Below, one piece after another: positions 56,214-64,000 of a stretch of DNA of 64,000 bases. Positions within the stretch are counted from its first letter, which is position 1; the number at the start of each line of letters is the position of its first letter. The notes under the pieces are model-generated. The model saw only the letters and a program-made list of their open reading frames with translations. It was not told where the DNA came from and did no database searches. The DNA comes from Octopus vulgaris (taxonomy: Eukaryota). Made by a program: the position numbers and the translations under genes. The stretch is taken from assembly GCA_951406725.2 (NCBI GenBank), contig OX597816.1:31124001-31188000 (forward strand), in the 5' to 3' direction.

Positions 56214-56264
<51 letters not shown>

Positions 56265-56592
56265 TATAATAATAAAAATAATAATGATAATAATAAATTA
56301 TATACATATATATATATTGAAAAATGTATAAGTATAAATTATTAATTTAAATAATTTTAAAATTTAACTTTAATTTAAATATTTTAAATTTTGAATTTTA
56401 TATTTATATATCTTTTATTAATTAATTTCATATCTATGTATTGGTTTATGATTTTCACTGTTTGATTTGCCTAATAGTGGTTTTATCTCTAATTTAGTAT
56501 AATATATATATATTAATACTATAATATTGGATTTAATTTTAAATCTAATTTTTCCCTGTAAGTTTGGATTTACTCCTTAATAATATTATTAT

Positions 56593-56635
<43 letters not shown>

Positions 56636-57890
56636 ATATACCTATATTTACAGATACACATACATGCACAACACACGCACACACGCACACACACGTAGGT
56701 ACATATATAGAGAGCGATTCCTTTGCTAGCAGCTACAGCTTGGAATTTTGTACTATGATTTTGTAGAGTCGCATTGAGATGGTTTTCGTAAGTACTTATA
56801 ATATCATAGTAACAATGTACTCTCTCCCTCGGCTATCGTACATTTCACACAGTAATGCAGATAGTATGTAAAAACTGTGGGGAGCGAGAGAGAGAGACTG
56901 GTAATTATTTTAGTTGTGCCACTGATACTGCCTTGTGTCTAAATAAAAGAAAATATCAAGCACTATTATTTTAATACACATCGTGGCGTCCAAAACCGTA
57001 AACCTTTGTTGGGTAGTATTTTCTGTATCTTTTATCAACATACTCAGATACAAAACAAGCATTCTCAAATTCTTCCAGCATCAAGCTATTAATGCATAAT
57101 ATCATTTACACCCATCCGTATGCAAGCATACACACATTCGTACAGACACTTATACAAGCGGTTGCAATTTCATGTTTAAAACAGTACATTGTTGTAAGCT
57201 ACTACAAACCGATGTCATTAAGTGTATTCATTGTTTAATAAGCATCAAGTAAGTTTCAAATTTCAAGAGGAATATAGGTTTATATCTACATGACTGAACT
57301 AATTGAATATCCTTGTTTACAACTGGAGGGTTTGTGAATTATATTGAACACAATTTGTTAGATAAAGTAAAGGTCAAGTTACCTTGACTCGTATCATAAT
57401 CGGATATCCATCGTTGAATCACCAACATAATATTCGATTTTGTTTCTCATAATTTCTCTATGATATAAATTTATAAAAAGTCGCCTATACTGTATTTCAA
57501 AAAAAGAGTATGATAAATATCCATTATATTCTCTAACGTGATTTATGAATGGTTTATGAGAATTATCCTCTATAAAAAAAATGATATGCATCGTTTTCAA
57601 CCCGCTACAACATTTCTGAATTAATTCTCATTGACTTTAGGGAGGATCATCTATATGCGTAAAATATGATGAATGCTAACGTTAGGGTGTATGTGATTGG
57701 CTTATAATACAAATTTCTATTACTCTTGTTTTTCTAGTAATGTGGAACACAATAGTGAAAGAATACCAGGTGCACAAAATAATTAGTTATTGGATAGGCT
57801 CTTGTATCTTACACGGCATATACACACCCTCAAATATATGCGTGGAATATGTATGTATGCATTTATCTCTCTCTCTCTCTCTCTCTCTCT

Positions 57891-57939
<49 letters not shown>

Positions 57940-57993
57940 CTCTGTCTTTCTATACACACGCGCACATACCCCTACAGACATATATACATATGC

Positions 57994-58050
<57 letters not shown>

Positions 58051-58121
58051 GCTTATATATATACAAGCAAATATATACACACACACATCCACACGCATGC
58101 ACCTACACGCGCGCTCCCCCC

Positions 58122-58187
<66 letters not shown>

Positions 58188-59878
58188 TATTGAGAGATAC
58201 ATAGATATAGTATTACGTATGGCATTATACACAAATATATGCTTCAGTCAAGCCGCAATATCCAGCTGCATGATCCACTTGTACGGAAGCTTTCACAACC
58301 AAACTCCGAGGATTGCCTTCGTCCATTAAAAACCCACCTAAAATGAGATTGAATGTAACTAAGCGTGCATGTGCAATAGCTTATTTTAGATTTTCATTAT
58401 GACACTCAGTAGCACTTTGCCTGATCAACAATAAATCATGCCTAAAGCATAGTAGTTACAGCGAAACGGGAAATATCTAAAGAGAATCTACTCTAAAACA
58501 CTAGGAAATGGTTGATATAACATTTAATCATGTGAAATAACATCTTGAAGGAAATATAACGAAAAATTATTTTTTAATTCCTACATCACTAAGATTTATA
58601 TTACAAAAGTGTCTGCACATTCACGTTGTATTCTAACAATATATACAATGTATTCTGCTAGGCTAACAACAGATTGACTTCCTGAGCGTTCGATATCCTA
58701 TAATATGTAGCTACATCAGTATTAATGCACTAACTACTACATTAAATGTAGTGCATTGCATATCATACTAAGTGATGCATTATTGTTTAATCAGTTCAGC
58801 AAGTTTATATTTTATTTATAAGTTTCGAACTAGACTTAAACGTTAGCAATATCTATAATAACAAACTCAATACTCATTCCTGAAATATTGCATAAGATAT
58901 CATTGGAGCAAATTCGGAAATTCGATACTGAATCTAGACCGTTTGTGACCAAAACTATTGGATGTCATTTTAAACATATCCTTATTTACAAATAGCTCTC
59001 AGTGAAAAGGAAAACAAAGAAATTTCAGACTCCACTGAATGAACAAATGTTCAGTCTTAATAAGACGTTTTCTGTACAAATTTAGGTTAAATAAATTCAA
59101 CGTGTCTTGCACTTGTATATTAATCCGATATAATAGGAACAGAATGTGAAAGCAACTGTGGCATCTAGTCAAAACACGTCAATATAAATCTAATAAAAGT
59201 TCACGATATCGGTTCTATGTCTTATATTAGGAGATCATCAAAAGGAAATTAAAGATTGATACGAGCAGATCAAATAAAATTCGTTTAAGGGGAAACAACG
59301 TCTATTCAATGGTAGTAAGTGTAGATATAATAATAGTCATAGGCATTAAAATTGCTGTAAACTTGATAATCATGACATACATTTCTATTTCTCATTTTCT
59401 CTACGTCTTTTTTATTAGTATCAGTTCAGCTATAATCATTTCATTATGTACATTCGGGATGTTTCAGAGCACGTCTTAGCTATAAATCACTTGGTCAGTC
59501 GGCAGACCACTAGACGGATGTTGTATGTGAATGTGTGTGTATAAGTGGCGAACCTACGTATGTAACCACTATACATGCGTTGGGTGTGTGTGCATTTTTG
59601 TGTCACAGTAAATTTTCGAATGTCTGCACTGCTGATGTAAAACCGTGTGTTGAAACAAGTATTGTTGTATTTCGGGAAGAATGGATTAAGGAGAGCAGAG
59701 GCACAAACGAGGTCGACAATTGTCGTTGAAGTGGTTACTGATGCGCGACGAGAGATTTCCGGACAATGAGGTAAAACCAGAACAGTAATGAACGGCCAAA
59801 GAACGAATATATAATGCATGTGCATGTGTTTGTGGGGAAGCAATATTTAGATAAACACAAACACAAACACACACACAC

Positions 59879-59933
<55 letters not shown>

Positions 59934-59971
59934 AAACAATGTAAAATTGAAAGCTACTGCTCGAGTGAAAA

Positions 59972-60380
59972 TATATACGAAAGAGGATTTTAAAATGCAG
60001 AGGTCTTTATTGACTTCACAGGTTTCACATTTAAAAAAAAAAAGATTTTTAAAACTAAAATGTAAAGCTTTGTGTCGCCTTTGTTGTGTTAAAACATGGT
60101 TATTATAGGTGTATTAAAATACAGTGATACGGTCTTTCACAATGAAGAGAAAACCTTGAGAAACTGAATCTTTGACAATAAGAAAACATTCAGAGGGGCT
60201 TATTGTTTAAACAGTTTACATAAAAGTGTTCAAAATAGGTAGTAAAATAAAAAAAATATATTTTCAACACAACACAGGCTACACAAAGCTCTACATTTTA
60301 CATGTGAAAATAACATGTGAAACCGGTCAGGTCAATAAACATCTTTAAAATACCTCTGGATTTTCAAACCCTCTTTTCTG

Positions 60381-60385
<5 letters not shown>
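59972..60385. repeat. Diverged fold-back element (~125 bp arms) between (TA)n runs
   Basis: aaaatgtaaagctttgtgtcgcct..gttgtgtt pairs with aacacaac..aggctacacaaagctctacatttt. The right arm has GAAACCGGTC-aggtc-AATAAA, and its termini resemble those of 60461-62787. Confidence 0.8.
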
Positions 60386-60461
<76 letters not shown>

Positions 60462-60499
60462 GAAAGAAGGTTTGAAAATGCAATTTAAAAGATGTTTAT

Positions 60500-60544
60500 T
60501 TACTTAACCGGTTTCACTCTTTGGAAAAAGATTGTCAAAAGTAA
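60500..60544 (-). ncRNA. Hammerhead-like motif, U3-A8 core variant (left-arm copy)
   Basis: Exact reverse complement of 62704-62748. Confidence 0.55.
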
Positions 60545-62703
60545 CATAGAATATTATGAATTCAAAAAAGTTTTTTACATAATTGCCACATTGAATGTTA
60601 TGAATTCAAAAAAGTTTTTTTTACATAATTGCCACATTACATGTATATATATAGTCTTTGGTAACAGGGACATGTTAAGGGCATAAAGAAGTTCAACAGT
60701 GTGATGAGAATATTTGAAAGAATGGGCAGAAAAGAATAAAACAAATATATTATTGGAAGTTTGGTTGCGTTAATTATTGGTTGTTGCAAATTGTCACATT
60801 ACATGTATATATACAGTCTTTGGTAAAAAGGACATAGTACAACAGTATGGTGAGAATATTTGAAAAATTGGCGGAAAAAATTATTAAAATGAATATATTA
60901 TACATCTCAGGGTCAGTATAGAATATTATGAATTCAAGGCGAGTTTGTTTACTGATCTGTCCGTTTTAGCAGAAATGTTGAATTGAGAAAAATGTACCCG
61001 TTTTTTTCTGTTTATGGCTTTCCTTCAAGCATCAATGATTTTGGGGTTAGCATGAGGTGAGTATGTGTGTCTCTCTGCGTGTGCGTGAATAGATGTGTCT
61101 GTGCGCCTGTAGTATTTGGTCAGATGGCGTCTGTTTGTCAAGTGTGTGTGGTTGTCATGGTGTTGTGTGTGCGTGTCTGTGCGTGTGCGCGTGTGCCTGC
61201 GTGTGTACGCATGCATGAGTGTGGATGGCATTTGACATGGGCTGCGTGTGTATATATGTGCCTGTATGGAGGTGAGGCTGGTGTGAGTGTGCGTGCCCCT
61301 GTGTGCGTGCACACACACGTATACAAGCATCTGCGTGTGTGTGGGGGCTGTTTTTGAATGGTTTCAGGGTGGCGAAAATAGATGTGTGTTGTTTAAAGAA
61401 TTTTTTGGGGTAGGATGGTGTGTGTATATATGCGTGTCCGCCCGTGCGCGCCCGTGCGCGTCTACGCGTGTGTGCGGGCCATACATACATACTAAAACAC
61501 ATACACACACACACATCACACACACACACACAACGCACACACATATAATATACACACACAACACACAAAAATAACATGTATTTATATATAATACACACAC
61601 ATATATAACACACACACACAACACACGCACACATACATACATAATATAAATATAACACAAATACACCTAGCACATATATACATACAATACACATACACAG
61701 CATGTGTATAATACACATAAACAATATATACATACAATATACTTACACAATACATACATATAATATATATATATATAGACAATGCATATACATATATACA
61801 TATATACATATAAATAGTGTTTACATACACATACATAAATATACCACATATACACACAATATACATACATACAATGTATACATATACACGTACGCATACA
61901 TATAACATATATATATACACATAACATACACATACACATATACACATGATGTACACATACATATACAATACACATACATACAATATACATATACACAATG
62001 CACATAATGCACATCTATATACACATATATATATATATTCACACATATACACATACACACATATATATATAATGCACACACAAACACAAAATACATACAT
62101 ATAGCGTACACACACATATATATCTACATACCACACACACACACACAAACAATGTACTCATATATACACATATACACATATATACACACACACAACACAC
62201 ACATATATACATATATATAAAAAACATATACACATATAAATACATACACACACACAATGCACACACACACACACGCACACACACACACAACGCACACACA
62301 CACACACCACACACACACACACACACACATTGACCCTGAGATGTATAATATATTCATTTTAATAATTTTTTCTGCCAATTTTTCAAATATTCTCACCATA
62401 CTGTTGTACTATGTCCTCTTTATCAAAGACTGTATATATACATGTAATGTGACAATTTGCAACAACCAATAATTAACGCAACCAAACTTCCAATAATATA
62501 TTTTTTTTATTCTTTTCTGCCCATTCTTTCAAATATTCTCATCACACTGTTGAACTTCTTTATGCTCTTAACATGTCCCTGTTACCAAAGACTATATATA
62601 TACATGTAATGTGGCAATTATGTAAAAAAAACTTTTTTGAATTCATAACATTCAATGTGGCAATTATGTAAAAAACTTTTTTGAATTCATAATATTCTAT
62701 ATG

Positions 62704-62748
62704 TTACTTTTGACAATCTTTTTCCAAAGAGTGAAACCGGTTAAGTAA
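62704..62748 (+). ncRNA. Hammerhead-like motif, U3-A8 core variant (right-arm copy)
   Basis: TTACTT-TTGACAA-TCTTT-TTCC-AAAGA-GT-GAAA-CCGGTT-AAGTAA. Stem I is 6 bp, stem II is 5 bp, stem III is the palindrome ACCGGT and the triplet is GUU. There is an extra GT before GAAA. Confidence 0.55.
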
Positions 62749-62834
62749 ATAAACATCTTTTAAATTGCATTTTCAAACCTTCTTTCGTATGTAATTCCAC
62801 TCGTGCGATACCCCACAACTCAACTTTATATATA

Positions 62835-63654
62835 TATGTTTAAAATGAGCCAAACAGTATTTACCATCCATAATAATTACAACATTCTAATACAGTGAAG
62901 AACGTATCAGCACGCTTTGGGAGTATCGGTGTCATCGTTGCTCTCATCTATGAAACAAAATATTTAATAAGTATGTATACGCATACAGATACACATAAAA
63001 AGAAAATGCGCATACTCACAAACATACACATATACACATATACACACATACTCACAAATATATAAATATTTATATGTTATATATACCGGAGTAAACACAT
63101 AAATGTGAAACAAGGTGGAAAAAGAGTACTCAAATACCAGTGGTAGAGTAATATGCTTTGTATAAAGCAGCAGAAAATTCAACAACACCTGTTACTCTGA
63201 GGTTCCCATTGCCGTTCATCGGACAGTTTTTGCTAGAAAAACTGTTTTTGTTAGCAAAAACTGTCCAACGAACGGCAACGGGAAACTTAGAGTAACAGGT
63301 GTTGTTGAATTTTCTGCTGCTTTAAATAAAGCATATTACTCTACCACTGGTATTTGAGTACTCTTTTTTCCACCTTGTTTCACATTTATGTGTTTACTCC
63401 GGTATATATAATATATAAATATTTATATATTTGTGAGTGTGTGTGTATATGTGTATATGTGTATGTTTGTGAGTATGCGCATTTTCTTTATGTGTATCTG
63501 TATGCGTATACATACTTATTAAATATTTTGTTTCATAGATGAGAGCAACGACGACACCGATATTCCCAAAGCGTGCTGATACGTTCTTCACTGTATTAGA
63601 ATGTTGTAATTATTATGGATGGTAAATACTGTTTGGCTCGTCATTTGAAACATA
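62835..63654. repeat. ~820 bp near-perfect palindrome centred at ~63243
   Basis: Arms of ~405 bp pair almost to the apex (aaaaac-t-gttttt), with outer ends gagccaaacagtatttaccatcc / ggatggtaaatactgtttggctc. Confidence 0.98.
63189..63298. ncRNA. Divergent pair of hammerhead-like motifs at the palindrome apex (63189-63226 minus; 63261-63298 plus)
   Basis: Minus: CTGT-CCGATGA-ACGGCAATGG-GAAC-CTCAGA-GTA-ACAG. Plus: CTGT-CCAACGA-ACGGCAACGG-GAAAC-TTAGA-GTA-ACAG. Stem I is CTGT/ACAG, and the two-arm consensus approximates CYGANGA..GAAAC..GUA. Confidence 0.45.
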
Positions 63655-63889
63655 AGACCTCACATCACTATTTCTTCATTAAGCTAGAACGTATTATATA
63701 TAATCTGATTATTAACAGAATTCATTGTTTTAAGATGAATTGAAGTAATCCTTTCTCAGTTTCGGTGAGTAAAAACGAATATTGAAATCTAACGACTCCC
63801 ACCGAGTGTACGTGTTTTTTTCTCAGATTTGCGCATTAGTTAACAGCAAGAGACCATGTGAACTTTTCAACTTTCAATAAATGAATATG

Positions 63890-63953
<64 letters not shown>

Positions 63954-64000
63954 AAAAATAATGTTAATAAAACGGTAGTGTAATTTATATAACTATATAC

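Larger units (their letters stand above)
60461..62787. repeat. Large fold-back: ~455 bp near-identical inverted arms (60461-60915, 62331-62787) around a 1.4 kb GT/CA-rich spacer
   Basis: The arms are read directly as reverse complements with only a few differences. They contain internal ~44 bp and ~160 bp sub-repeats, and the outer ends abut TA. Confidence 0.97.

Noticed and set aside
56330-56600. AT-rich segment as another PLE pLTR tip
   Set aside because: It ends at (TA)n but has no ribozyme motif, no inverted partner and no second copy in the window.

Overview
This is AT-rich, microsatellite-dense eukaryotic (metazoan) DNA. The tRNA-derived SINE families and repeat landscape suggest a cephalopod, probably Octopus (inference). 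I found no intact host gene; most short ORFs in the track are artefacts of (TA)n, (TAA)n and (CA)n repeats. The window is a transposon landscape. It holds (1) R4/Dong-type non-LTR retrotransposons (RT plus restriction-like endonuclease) inserted in (TAA)n: one near-full-length copy at 32885-37534 (-) with only two visible lesions, one truncated copy at 54110-56213 (+), an old remnant, tiny 3' stubs and a non-coding passenger family. It also holds (2) CR1-like, Tx1-like and RTE-like LINE remnants, (3) Tc1/mariner remnants and a TIR-bounded MITE, and (4) two SINE families, one as a 4-unit tandem array. The most notable signal, absent from the ORF track, is (5) a set of Penelope-like element (PLE) termini carrying minimal type-I hammerhead-ribozyme motifs. 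Most sit in head-to-head fold-back (inverted-repeat) structures with 3' ends pointing out into (TA)n. One (1385-2374) still carries a decayed Naiad-type GIY-YIG endonuclease, which anchors the interpretation. Several motifs have non-canonical cores (U3-A8 compensated, A6U, U4C), and three fold-backs lie back to back at 59972-63654.
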